A stretch of DNA of 63,163 nt, counting the filler, from Neoconidiobolus thromboides FSU 785 (lineage: Eukaryota > Fungi > Entomophthoromycota), in the NCBI GenBank assembly GCA_025603075.1. It is 10 parts of 10 records of this genome, joined end to end, with 100 filler letters (N's around TTAATTAATTAA, not from the genome) between each part and the next. Parts side by side here need not be neighbours in the genome. Positions count along the whole stretch, not along the records: positions 33,384 to 39,527 come from MU626737.1; positions 39,628 to 41,212 come from MU626941.1; positions 41,313 to 43,078 come from MU626919.1; positions 43,179 to 51,744 come from MU626678.1; 6 more parts are not named here. One strand, 5' to 3'. The notes beneath the pieces are model-generated. The model was given only the letters and a program-made list of their open reading frames with translations, did no database searches and was not told the origin of the DNA. The first letter of the stretch is position 1. Every line of letters begins with the position of its first letter. Of this stretch, positions 38,711 to 50,962 are shown in pieces. Both the position numbers and the translations under genes were made by a program.

Positions 38711-38793
38711 GTTTACATTATTTTTCCCATTTTTTAAGCGCCATTTAAGTGGAAAAGTTGTTAGTAAAATCTTAAACACAAAAATACATCGCC
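38711..38793 (-). mobile_element. Family B MITE, partial
   Basis: CATTATTTTTCCCATTTTTTAAGCGCCATTTAAGTGGAAAAG...AAAAATACATCGCC; one end missing. Confidence 0.75.
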
Positions 38794-39101
38794 AGTTAAT
38801 TTAATAATTAAATTTTTTTTATAAAATAATAAAGTCAAAAAAAATACTCCTAACTATTAATCGTCTTTTTAAAATAAATTTTATATCAAATTTTATTATT
38901 TTGAAAAAATTTGATTTATTTAATATTATAGAATATTAATTTATCAGCTTTATAGTTAATTATAATATAGCAGTCATTTAACTTTATAAAGCTAATTGCA
39001 CTTTTATAATTAATTTAACTATAATCTCTACATGGCCATAATTTACAGTTTTTTATTGATTTACTATAGAAATTTTCATTTAGTTATAAAAAACATTATT
39101 T

Positions 39102-39199
39102 GGTGATGTTTTTTTTGGTCTCATTACTTTTTACTCTTTTAAGCATTATTTGAGTGGAAAGGTTATTAGTGGGATTCTTAAACACAAAAATACATCCCC
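39102..39199 (-). mobile_element. Family B MITE
   Basis: Perfect ATTT/ATTT flanks; ends ATACATCCCC. Confidence 0.88.
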
Positions 39200-39423
39200 A
39201 TTTTCTTATTTTAATATTCATATTTAGCAATTATAATAATAAATTATAACTACTATTATATTTTACATATAAAGCTATTTAATTTAAATATAAAATAGAT
39301 GTTTTAATATAACAACTTAACTCTTTTTGGTTGAATTGTTTTCTAATATTATACTTTTAATAAAGTTACTAAGTATTATAATATTTTATTAAACTACAGC
39401 AATATCTGGGTATGTTTTTCTGG

Positions 39424-39527
39424 CGTAAAATCTGGTACTCAGTGATTGGAGTCAAAAACAGCTATTGCCTGGTTGACTACACTATAAGTCGAAAGATCTT
39501 AGTTTATGTGACTAAGATAGACTTGAA
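39424..39527 (+). mobile_element. Family A solo-LTR-like element, 5' part, truncated by gap
   Basis: AAATCTGGTACTCAGTGATTGGAGTCAAAAACAGC...; preceded by a short MITE-end-like GGGTATGTTTTT. Confidence 0.85.
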
Positions 39528-39627
39528 NNNNNNNNNNNNNNNNNNNNNNNNNNNNNNNNNNNNNNNNNNNNTTAATTAATTAANNNNNNNNNNNNNNNNN
39601 NNNNNNNNNNNNNNNNNNNNNNNNNNN

Positions 39628-39901
39628 CAACCGATTTGGCTTTAGACCACATACAATCTGGATTATTGTTAAAATCACAGGCTAATGGTCCAAACCATGA
39701 ATGAATATCACTAGTTCCAGGTGCATATTGTGCCATATTTTCACAATGAGATTGTGCTACTTTAGTCAATTTTGATGAATAGGCAATTTTACTTAAACCT
39801 GCCTTCACACGTTCTTCGTTCATAGCATCTACCAATTGACGAGCAATGTCTTGAGCATTGACGATAGAAAGGGTAAAAAGTAAGAGACTTGAATAACGCA
39901 T
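39628..39901 (-). CDS. Secreted CAP/SCP-domain protein, N-terminal part (runs into gap)
   Basis: Signal peptide MRYSSLLLFTLSIVNA, then LVDAMNEERVKAGL...LTKVAQSHCENM...HSW...CMWSKAK. Confidence 0.78.
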
Positions 39902-40744
39902 TGCTTTTATTTCTTTATTGCACAGCAATTTTAAATGATCTTATGATAATCGTTTAGAAGCTTATACTTTTGCTATTTATACTATTCAACTTATATAAAT
40001 AACACTTGATACCCCCCAACTAATTTACTCCAAATTAATCTAACACCTCTCATTAATTTATTCTTCAGTTATTCTTTATGCCCATAAATTCACCAACTAA
40101 CCTAATCTATTGCGTTTTACTGCTTAGTGTGAATAAAATTAGTTTATGTTCTTATTTTGTCTTTTTAAAAAATATTGTTATTTTAAACAAAATTCTGCTT
40201 TTAGGGACTTGTACTTTAAATTTCAAAGTCAAACCAATCATCTAAATGTTTGTTTTAGCAAATATAAATAAAACTGATAGTAAAAGGATTAAGTTTATCA
40301 ACAAATGATATTCGATAATCTTATTTTGACTTTATAGCTAAGCCTTGATCTTTTGCTATTAAATTTCGTATTTTATAGTTTTCAAAGCATGTTGTATCTA
40401 CCTTTAATCTAAAAAATTTATTGGTAAAGGGGTCCTGACTGGCTGGGTAGTTTTCTTTTCATTACAGAAAAATTTACTATTCTAAATAGTTTTATTCCAA
40501 ATAAAAAATAGTTACAATACAATATAAAATGGTAGGGGATACTGATTGGGTATGTAGGAAGTAGTTTTTTTGTATAGATTTTTATCAAACAAATTGCTGA
40601 TTAGATTTAGCCGACTACAAACACTAACCCTAACCTCATTGAAAGTATGTGATATTTATATTTCAATTATATGTAATTAAAATGATAAATTGCTGACAAA
40701 CAAATGTGAAAATAATGTCAAGTCTTTTTTAAGAGAAAAAGATA

Positions 40745-40817
40745 TGCTCCGTATAGGGCTTGAACCTATGACCTTAGCGTTATTAGCACCACGCTCTGCC
40801 AACTGAGCTAACGGAGC
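40745..40817 (-). tRNA. tRNA-Ile(AAT)
   Basis: Minus strand GCTCCGTTAGCTCAGTTGGCAGAGCGTGGTG-CT-AAT-AA-CGCTA...GGTTCAAGCC...ACGGAGCA. Confidence 0.93.
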
Positions 40818-40974
40818 CTCTTATCAGAACTTATTTTTTAACAGATAATTATTATTATAAAAATAGTTTAAAACTTGAAGTACAATTTTTTTATTAAAAT
40901 AATAAGAGGTCTTTTTAAAGTACTATCTAATTGATTATTTCTTCAGTTCGAATTTGGTTTTTTTCAGATCAACT

Positions 40975-41212
40975 TTAGTTTGTTCTTTTGAATTGACACT
41001 TACTCATTTTCTTAACTTTGAATTTACCTTGAAGTTGCTGTGGTGGAATTTGCTCAGGTTGGGACTGTCCCTGAGGTTGTCCTTGAGGTGTTTGTTCTGG
41101 TTGAGATTGACTTTGAAGTTGTTGAGGATTATTATCTCCACCTTCATCAGCCTCACTACCAAACCACATAGTAGCAAAATCCCCTTTTTGACCACCACCA
41201 ACGGCAGACCAT
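40975..41212 (-). CDS. C-terminal part of a CAP/SCP-domain protein with a Q/P-rich tail (5' part in gap)
   Basis: Open frame from the contig end: WSAVGGGQKGDFATMWFGSEAD, then QPEQ/QPQG repeats. Confidence 0.6.
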
Positions 41213-43273
41213 NNNNNNNNNNNNNNNNNNNNNNNNNNNNNNNNNNNNNNNNNNNNTTAATTAATTAANNNNNNNNNNNNNNNNNNNNNNNNNNNNNNNN
41301 NNNNNNNNNNNNCAAAGCAATTGAAATCCGTCGTCACTGGCCTTAAACATGAAGTCAAATCTTGACTACTATTACCTGGATATTTATTTATAAATAAACA
41401 TAATAATATCATATATATACTTGCTTTTAAAATTTTATAAAACGATTTATATTTACTATCAATGTTAGAAAAATAGTCATCTATTATTTAAAAAAAGACA
41501 TTCTATTTATTTCTTTCTTTCTTTTTAAACAGAATAAAGTTTAGAAAACGTTTGTAAAACATATAATTAAATATGCATTCCCATATTATAAACAATCTTA
41601 AAAACTGTCTTATATTAAAACAATTAAAAGATTTCATATATTGTATATATGAATTTAGTACCTAAAGCTCAAGAATTTGTGATAAACAAAAGTCTTAGCT
41701 TTAAATTTTATATAAATTCACTCTCGCAAATCTTAATTATTATACATTACTTTATAAAGTAGTTCAATATTTAGCTTCTATAATGACTTGAAAAAACCAA
41801 CTTTTTACTTAATTTTTAACATTTAAAAAACATGAAATTAGCTTTGATGGAATTGCACTATTATTCGAATTAGGTATCTATTAAACCAGGTACTTTAACT
41901 CATAACTCATTATTTGTATTCCTAAAATAGAGTGCTGAGTGATAAAGAAATATTAATCATAAAATTAACTCTAATAAGATCAATTTCGAAGATATTTTTA
42001 AATGTAGTTGAGGCTATCAATAAGGGGTAAAAATTGATAAACGATTTCCAATCAAGAATATTTGGGATGAGTGTATTTCATATCCATCATTTCTGTTTTA
42101 TTTCATAAAAAATTAGCTTTGATTGAGTTAAATAATCAATTTAACAACTATCATTTGAACAACGTTTAACAATATTTATAATGAAAATATTATTGAAATA
42201 TCTAATCAGTGGTTATTTTAATGTTGGGCTATCACCAGTTACTTTATTAACTAAATTTATAGCCACAAATAAACATTTTTACCCCATGAATATAAACCAT
42301 TGATTTTATTGTACTGTCCCATACTTTACTGATTATCAAATGTATAATATTTGTTAAGTGTGTAGTAAAACTAAAGTTAGTAAATTTACATGACGAATTC
42401 ATTTATGAAATTTAAATTCCGAAATGAGTTAAATTTTAAAGGGATTCGAATCTATTGAAAACCCAATTTGGTAAATTACGCATAATTTTTTTTGTAGTAT
42501 TAGTTTTTAGTTTCTTTTAGAAACCATTAATAAGCTTTTCAATTTAATATATCTGATACTAAAGGATTTTACGATCAATTGACTCAAAACTGAAATAAAG
42601 TGATGAAAATACAGTGACACTAAAGTAATAGTGATTCATAAGGAATTGAATATTACATGGCTCATAGCTCAAAGAAATAATACTACCGATACTTGAACTA
42701 GTTATAACATTCTATAACTGTTTATGATATCTTATAAAAAATAGTAAGTTACAAAAAAAATCATTTCATTCTTATTAGTTATTATCGTTGTGATAAAATA
42801 TTCAAAATTAGATAGACTCTGGTATTTTGCTTTAAATATTAGTAAGGTTTATAAAAGTACAAAATGAAAACTCTTATTTTTAGGCAATTATTAAATACAA
42901 TCGTAAAATGTTTAAATCAAGAATAAGTAACAAAAGTGTTGTAATGTAAAAACACTGCAAATACATTACTCAATTAACGGTAATATATTATAATACACCA
43001 TGTGTTACCTATACATTTAAGTTATAAACAAACCGGTCCATTAACCTTAAAATAATACATCCGTGTTATCAACTCATTNNNNNNNNNNNNNNNNNNNNNN
43101 NNNNNNNNNNNNNNNNNNNNNNTTAATTAATTAANNNNNNNNNNNNNNNNNNNNNNNNNNNNNNNNNNNNNNNNNNNNATGCTTTTTTGGATTACCAGTT
43201 TAATAAAAATGGGTTTGAGAAAGCAAAGAACTGGAAATCGATTATTGGAAGAAGAACTTTTATTTAAGTATAT

Positions 43274-43372
43274 AGGGATGTGTTTTTGTGTTTAAGAATT
43301 TTACCAACAAATTTTCCGCTTAAGTAGCGCTCAAAAAATGAAAAAAGCGATGAAGCCATAAAAGACATCCCC
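43274..43372 (+). mobile_element. Family B MITE
   Basis: AGGGATGTGTTTTTGTG...AAAGACATCCCC; flanks ATAT/ATCT. Confidence 0.9.
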
Positions 43373-43576
43373 ATCTTATTTATTATTATTATCAAAAATA
43401 AAAAGATTTAGCTGCTTTCAGTGTTTTAAATATTTATTTACAATATTATATTTCAATTTTAATCAGTAATATAAATATTTATTTATTAAATTTATTAAAT
43501 AAAACATAAAATAATCTGAACTAAGTTTTACTAAATTAATATTTTATTAAAACCAAAATATAATCAATATTAAATA

Positions 43577-44485
43577 CTAATACATATTCAAATTAATCCA
43601 ATCCACATAATTATTTACTTTAGTAAAAATGGACGGAAATTTTTTATTTAAACACTTCATGTTAATCACTAATGAAGCAATTCCAATAATCTTATTTTCT
43701 ATTACTAAAGGACTTCCTGAATCTCCGTGACAAACGGAAGTTTTATCTTCCATATGACGAGCACAAAGATGATTCATTTGGTTTAAATCTTTATAAGCTT
43801 TATTACATTTCTCAAAGGAATATATAGATAGTGTAGTTTGTAATAGACTAGGTGAACTTGAGTCATATTTTAAAGGATCTGTTCTACCCCATCCTGCAAA
43901 TTGAGCTTCTAAGCCTTCTTCATTCGCTAAGTTATCAGTGTCAAGTAATAGATATTCTCGAACTGGACTTGGCGTTAACAATTTAACAATGGCAATGTCA
44001 TTATTGACAAATGGATCTTGTTTGTTATAATTTGGATGTAATATAACTTCTTTAATTGAATGAATAGTAAAACTACCATTAGGTCCTTTGCCTAATAAAG
44101 ATGAGCCACCATTATTATAGATAAAAGATGATGAGTTAATACTATTAGCTTCTGTTTTCATCTCATTTAATTCTTTTTCTTCTAATACTCTAGAATCAAT
44201 TAATCCGCTTGGTGAATTATCTGAATAATATGACCATACTTTTAATGGAAGGTTTTCATCCATACAATGAGCCGCAGTGAGAACAATATTAGAGCTTAAT
44301 AACCCACCACCACATAAATGAATACTACCTGTACGTATAGATACTAAAGAGGGATGATTCTTCCAACTAGTGGGGCTTCCATTAATTATTCGATAGCTAA
44401 TACTATTGTCAGTTAGGTTTTCGGATTGGATTGGAAAGCAATAATAGAAGGTTAAGAATAGTAATAAAGTGAGTATATAAAACAT
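43577..44485 (-). CDS. Secreted S1 (trypsin/chymotrypsin-family) serine protease
   Basis: Signal peptide, RIING activation site, LTAAHC, NDIAIVKL, CHGDSGSP; Ser rather than Asp at the S1-pocket position. Confidence 0.95.
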   Translation of the reverse strand: MFYILTLLLFLTFYYCFPIQSENLTDNSISYRIINGSPTSWKNHPSLVSIRTGSIHLCGGGLLSSNIVLTAAHCMDENLPLKVWSYYSDNSPSGLIDSRVLEEKELNEMKTEANSINSSSFIYNNGGSSLLGKGPNGSFTIHSIKEVILHPNYNKQDPFVNNDIAIVKLLTPSPVREYLLLDTDNLANEEGLEAQFAGWGRTDPLKYDSSSPSLLQTTLSIYSFEKCNKAYKDLNQMNHLCARHMEDKTSVCHGDSGSPLVIENKIIGIASLVINMKCLNKKFPSIFTKVNNYVDWINLNMY

Positions 44486-44915
44486 TTTTTGGTATACGCC
44501 AGGTATAAAAATAGAATTTAAATATTAAAAAAATAAAGTTGAGTGTTTTTAGTATAGTTGTTTTTATAAGAATTAAATTTTAATGTTGCTTTTGAGTTAT
44601 TTAATATATTAAAATAATTCTTAATATCAATATTTTCAACCAATTATTAAGAGTTATTATTTTTCATTTATTAATTATTAAATGAGTTCTAATGAGTTAC
44701 TTAAAATTAATTACCATATTGTTATAGTAGTTAGTTAATATAATAGTGTTAATATTACAAAGTATATGTACTCTAACATAGATAATGATTTGATAAATAT
44801 AATTTTATAAAAATAAGTAGTTTTGGTGAAAATAATATAAATTGTGTATTATATATTACATTCTAAAGGATATAGATAAAAGTTGACATGGATATAGTAT
44901 TTTAATTCAATATTT

Positions 44916-45010
44916 GGGGATATGTTTTTGTGTTCAAGAATTTTACTAACTTTTCCACTCAAATAGTGCTTGTAAGGTGGAAAAAGTAATGAAGCCAAAA
45001 AAACATCTTT
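44916..45010 (+). mobile_element. Family B MITE
   Basis: GGGGATATGTTTTTGTG...AAAAACATCTTT with ATTT/ATTT flanks; about 140 bp upstream of BST1. Confidence 0.85.
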
Positions 45011-45148
45011 ATTTTATTTATGTTATCTACAATTTTAACTTACTAAGTATCCACTTAATTTGCAAACCCTTACAATAAATTTGCACTAAATAAATAATAA
45101 AAATAAACTTTTTTATTTTTTTTACTAACTTTCAACTTGTTAGAAGCC

Positions 45149-48100
45149 ATGAAAACATTGCTATTTTATATCTTTAGTTCAACCCTACTATTTCTCATAA
45201 TCTATAAGTCCACACTTGAAAACAATGATATAAGTGGCTGTCAGATGACATACTCGTATCCTGAATTTATCAAGCAACATTTTGCTTCTAATACAAAAGA
45301 GTTAAACAGATATAGTTTATATTTATATAAAGATTTAGAGTTTGATAATGAAAAAGAGGTAAGGGAAATTTATACTATTTCTGTATAAAATAAAAATAAA
45401 AATGAAAATAAGATTTTTGAGAATTAATAATTAACTTTAGCTTTATGGTACCCCTGTATTATTTCTACCAGGTAATGCAGGCTCTTATAAACAAGTTCGA
45501 AGTATTGCAAAAACGGTCAGTTTATTAGCTAAAAAAAGAAATATCATGGGCTTGGATTTTTTTACAAGTAAGAAGTTGTTTGATTTTATTCCAATTTGGA
45601 ACTATTGAAACTAATAATTTTAGTAAATTTCAACGAAGAATTGAGTGCTTTAGTAGGTCAAATATTAGTGGATCAATCCAATTATGCTATAGAAAGCATT
45701 GATTATATATTAAAATTATATCAAGAAAATCTAAGTAATAATAAACTCATCTCAATACCTACATCCGTAATAGTCATTGGACACTCTATGGGCGGTATTG
45801 TTGCAAGAAATATCCCAAGTTTAAAAGTATATAAAAAAGGAAGTATTAATAGTATCTTTACATTAGCATCACCACATTTATATCCACGATTACCACTAGA
45901 AAAAGAAATGTATTTATTATATGATCAAGTAAACCATTTTTGGAGAGAAAGAAATTTCCATCAAAATGAATTCAGTGATATTCGCAATGAATTGAATAAC
46001 ATTAGTTTAATTTCAATTACAGGAGGTAATAGAGATAGTCAAATTGCTTCTGATTTATCGGAATTATCTACTTTGGTCAATAAAAATCATGGATTTACGG
46101 TTTATACTACTAGTTTACCAAAGGCTTGGGTTAGCAGTGATCATCAATCTATTCTTTGGTGTAAACAAGTGGTGTTATCTGTTTCTAAAGCTATATTAAA
46201 TATTATTGATATTAACTCCGAGTTCCGAACTTTACCTATTAAGAATCGAATGCAACAGTTAAAATTGGATTTATTACAAATACCTAAAGAAGAAGCGGAT
46301 TTTGAACTTAAAATGGAAGAAGCAATAGAGTTCAAGGAAGATGACAAGGAATTGGAATTGGATCTTAATAGTTCTGAGTTGTTGAAAATAAGTTCAAATA
46401 TAGAAAATTTCAATTTCATATCTTCCAAAGAAATAGTAGTATTTAAATGTTTAAAAAAAGATAATAAATTACTTATATGCAATAATTTTGATACTATTAC
46501 ATCTACTCTTCTACCAGCAACGGAACATCAATTTGATAAAGGATTTGGAGATGTCGTTCTACAACATATACATGTCAATTTAAAATTAGAAGATAAATTT
46601 GATTACTTGTTAATTAGAGGAAAAGAAAAGAAAATTCAAAAAGTAAAAATAAAAATTCAAAAAGAAGAGAAATTGATTATACAGCCAAGTATTATGGAAT
46701 TGTTATTGGGTTATAATACAAACCTTGTTAATAAAAAACAACAATTAAACACCTATTTTAAGATTCAATTAAAATTACCAGAATCTCCATTATTAGCATA
46801 TAAATTTATGTTAAAATCCGATAATAATCCAGAATTAAATTTTATACTACGACAAATTAATTATCAAATTAATGAGTATAAATATTTTGTAAATAAAATG
46901 AATGAAGCAATCAAAATCAATTTTCATAGTCAAGCTAAAATGCCCAATCATCATTATCATTTTAATGAAATTAATAACCATATTCGAGATATTATTCAAG
47001 ACAATGTTAATTATATTCATAATCCTCATGAATTATTAGATCCATTCTGGAAGTTCATTGAATTACATCTATGGTTGAATTTACCTCATAAAGCTGAGAT
47101 AAATGAAAAAGAGATGAATATCAATCTTCATTTTCAATTAGATGTTTATTCTACATTAGGACGGTTATTTAAACGAATTGATTTAGCCATAGCAGTATTT
47201 CCATTTTCACTGATAATATTATTATTTACAAATAATTTATTAAAATTTAAAAAAATACATTATATTCAATATATCAATTGTAGTTTAAAGAAAGAACTAA
47301 TTTATTATACAATAATATTATGGATATTTAGTATAATCCAATCTATTATAATAATATTTCAATGGGATGATTTAATAAGTAATAATCATTGGGATTTATT
47401 TCCTGATTTTTCATTATTATTAATTAATGATCGAGGTTTACTATGTACTTGGATTATTCCTTTAATTACACTTATGTCTGCTGGGTTTATTATTATTTAT
47501 TATTTCATTGTTATAGGCTTAATTATAGTATTTCAATTAGTTTCAACGATCATAAAATCGAAATCTTGGCTTCGATTACCATATAAACAATTCTTACATT
47601 TTCCATTGAGTTTAAGGTTTTTGTCTTTATTTTTATTGACAATATTGACTGCTAAATTCATCCCTAATTTTATACTATATACAATTATTGTATTAATTGC
47701 TATTAATAATGCTAAAATAAGTAAAATGAATGTAAGTTTTATTGATAATAATAATAATTTATTTATTTAACATCTTTGTTTTAATTAGTTTAAAATCGAA
47801 CAATATCAACTGGATATATCAATAGTTCATTTCTTATTTACTGCATTACCATCCCACGTTCCTGCCTTAATTGTATGGTTTAGAAGTTTTATTCAAGAAA
47901 ACAGAACTTTACCAATATTGAATTACCATCCATTATCTTTTGATAATATATTATTGACTATATTAATATTATGTTTTATTATTAACCCGTTATCAGCTAC
48001 TTTAATTGAGAATTTACAAAAAAGGTAAACAATAATTTTATTTGGAATTATTGAATATCGTAATTAACTTTTTGTTAGGAAACTGGTATGTAAGTTAGTT

Positions 48101-48235
48101 TATATACTTTTTACAACATTGGCTATTTATACTGCTTTAACTGGATTTACTTATACTTTCATATTCCCTCAGATTGCTACTTACATGTTATTAATTTGTT
48201 ATATACTTGATTTTGGTATTGCTAAACAAGTATAG
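45149..48235 (+). CDS. BST1: GPI inositol-deacylase (PGAP1/Bst1), multi-exon
   Basis: GCQMTYSYP, PVLFLPGNAGSYKQVRS, VIVIGHSMGGIVAR, SITGGNRD, SSDHQSILWCKQ; multiple C-terminal TM segments. The end was placed by eye. Confidence 0.92.
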
Positions 48236-48292
48236 TAATGGTTGAAATAAACAGATAATAATTATATATAAAATAATTAAAATATAAAAAGT

Positions 48293-49174
48293 TTATTTAA
48301 GTAAATCACAAGTTAATTTAAATCTAGCTGCAGAATCTTTACAATTAAATTGTCTATTAATAATATATTCTTTAATATGATCCTTAATATTTTCTTTAGG
48401 TACACTATTAGGTATATTTTTTTTTAAATCTTGCCACATTCTTTTACAATTATTAACATGAATTGCTTTATTTTCAATATCAATAAACCCTTTACTATTA
48501 TCAAAATTTTTATGTTTATAACCTAATGTTTCAATGCCATCAAATCCTGACCAAGAAGTAGTAACAATTATACTTCCAGGTTCTATATTGTTAATTATAA
48601 ATTCATGTAAAGCATCCAAATCACTAATGGTAATTGTGTCACAGCAAACTTCTTTCGTTTCCCTACATAATCCAGCAAATATAAACGTTTTTTCTTCTTC
48701 TTTGTCATTATCACTTTTTTTATCTTTATAGAAATTAGACCTGTCTAATTCGACCATTAAATCTTTTCCACCTATTTTCTTATCTCTTAAACTATCAAAT
48801 TTCCTAACATAAGCTTTACGAAATTTATTATTCCAATTAATAATTACGTTCTTAGAAATATTCGTTTGAACTTGGGTTTCACTCACTTTAAATTTAAAAG
48901 CAAAGCAAGCTAACAATTGTAAAATTTGACCTATTTTTAGTTGCGAATTTTCAAAAATACTACCAGCTAAGACTGAAAACATTTTATTACATTGCTTATT
49001 ATTACATCGCATTAAGGAACTGATCCGTTCTTTATTTCGATTCTTGATTTTGGACATACTCGATTGACAATGGACACATTTATCTGGATATGGAGGTATA
49101 AGTCCTAATTCTTTAGCTAATTCAAAGCTTGTTTCTTCTTTTGAGGTTTTGATACCAATATCAAATAAATTCAT
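48293..49174 (-). CDS. Merlin/IS1595 (ISXO2-like) transposase-derived protein with degenerate catalytic triad
   Basis: Zn ribbon CVHC...CNNKQC, W-containing helix (IINWNNKFR), KIGGKDLMVELDRS, IEPGSIIVTTSWSGF, GYKH...HVNNCKRMW; intact 293-aa ORF. Confidence 0.85.
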   Translation of the reverse strand: MNLFDIGIKTSKEETSFELAKELGLIPPYPDKCVHCQSSMSKIKNRNKERISSLMRCNNKQCNKMFSVLAGSIFENSQLKIGQILQLLACFAFKFKVSETQVQTNISKNVIINWNNKFRKAYVRKFDSLRDKKIGGKDLMVELDRSNFYKDKKSDNDKEEEKTFIFAGLCRETKEVCCDTITISDLDALHEFIINNIEPGSIIVTTSWSGFDGIETLGYKHKNFDNSKGFIDIENKAIHVNNCKRMWQDLKKNIPNSVPKENIKDHIKEYIINRQFNCKDSAARFKLTCDLLK

Positions 49175-49498
49175 TGTTAAAAGTGTAATAAAGAGTTGGA
49201 ATCTATTTATTAATTTTTGATTTTTTTAGAATTGGAAATTAACTCGTCATTCCAACTTTATTTTGACCCTATCAAAAGCTACCTTAACCGTTAGTTATTG
49301 GATTTAACCCTATCAGAAACTTACCTTAACCACAGAAAATTTTTAATTTGTAATTATTAAAAGTTAACTTTAGTTGTCCAAAATTTCTTAATTTGAAATA
49401 ATATATTAAATAGAATTGCTAAGTATTAATATATTTATTTGTGATAATATTTATTTTCGATAATATTTATTTATTTAATAAAGATTAATTATTAGTTA

Positions 49499-50101
49499 TT
49501 AATTATTAATATTCTCCTCAATCCATTTCAAAAAATAGTATATTCTTGTAAATCCGGATGGAAACTGTTTATCTAAACATTTAACACTTTCAACAAAGCC
49601 CATAATACCAATGATAATATCCCCCACCAATAAAGGTCCCCCAGAATCCCCTTGGCAACCAGAAATTTTCTCTTCTTTATAACCAGCACATAATATTTTC
49701 TCTTTATTTAAATCTAGGCCATATGCTTTACTACATAAATCAATATTATAAATTGGAAGTGTCGCTTTTTTTAATTTCTTGGATAGTAATTCCAAATTAT
49801 TTGGATCCACTCGACCCCAACCAAGTAATGTAGTTTCAAGATTTTGTTTAAGTCCCAAATTCTTATTATCTAATTGATAGTATTTCTTTAATAAAATAGG
49901 TGAATTTAATTGAATAATACCAATATCATATAGTGGACTATTTGGTCGATATTGTTCATGGTACTTAAATCGGGATACTTCATGAATATCATAGATACCA
50001 TCGTTGTTAGTGCCTGTTGGCAATGGGGTAAAAGAAGTAGCTATTGGGGTTGGAATAGAGCTGATTATGTTGTCTGCAGATGGATTAGTAATAAAAATTT
50101 G

Positions 50102-50151
<50 letters not shown>

Positions 50152-50962
50152 AAGTTTTTTTAGTTTTATGATCTTTTTTTGATGCTTCTTTACTTTTAGA
50201 TGCTTCTTTACTTTTAGATGCTCCTTTACTTTTAGATGCTTCTTTACTTTTAGATGCTTCTTTATTCTTAGAAGCTTCCGAATCTTTATCACCAGATCGA
50301 AGTTGTTTGGCTTTGTTCCTTTTCTTTTCCTTTTTAGATTCTTCTTCTTCTTCCTCTTCCTCTTCCTTCTTCTTTTTATTCTTCTTCTTGTGATCTTTAT
50401 TGTCGTTATCATCCTCATTATCCTTATCTTTTTTATGTTCATCTTCATCATCCTCGTTTTCGTCATCTTTGTTTTTATCCTTCTTCTTTTTATCCTTCTT
50501 CTTTTTATCGTCTTTATCTTTTTCATGTTTATCCTCTTCCTCTTCTTCCTCTTCTTCCTCGTCGTCTTTATTTTTATCCTTCTTTTTTTTATCGTCTTTA
50601 TCTTTCTTGTGCTTATCGTCGTCGTCATCCTTCTCATCCTCCTCCTTATCCTTTTTATGTTCCTTGTCCTCTTCCTCTTCCTCGTCCTCATCATGCCTTC
50701 TGCTCAGTTTATTTTGATGTAAAGAATAAATCTCTAGTTTTCCAGTAATATTAAATATACAATGAGCTGCAGTAAGAATTACGGATTCATTAATTAAAGC
50801 ACCACCGCAAGTATGACTTCCATTAACTCTTATTGATACCATAGGGGAATATTCATTCCATTTGGTTTCTTCTCCACCTATAATTCGAGTTTCGATTTTT
50901 TCTGAATAAAAGATGGGAATGAGAATGGTTGTAAAGGTTAGAAATAGGACAAACAGGTTCAT
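49499..50962 (-). CDS. Secreted S1 serine protease with a ~240-aa low-complexity insertion
   Basis: Signal peptide, RIIGG, LTAAHC, YDIGIIQL, CQGDSGGP; E/D/K-rich, ASKSKE and poly-T insert between His and Asp. Confidence 0.93.

Noticed and set aside
49952-50722. Poly-F/S/R/K ORFs overlapping the protease insert; similar shadows in NOP56, the ammonium transporter and BST1
   Set aside because: Alternate-frame readings of trinucleotide-rich or ordinary coding sequence.
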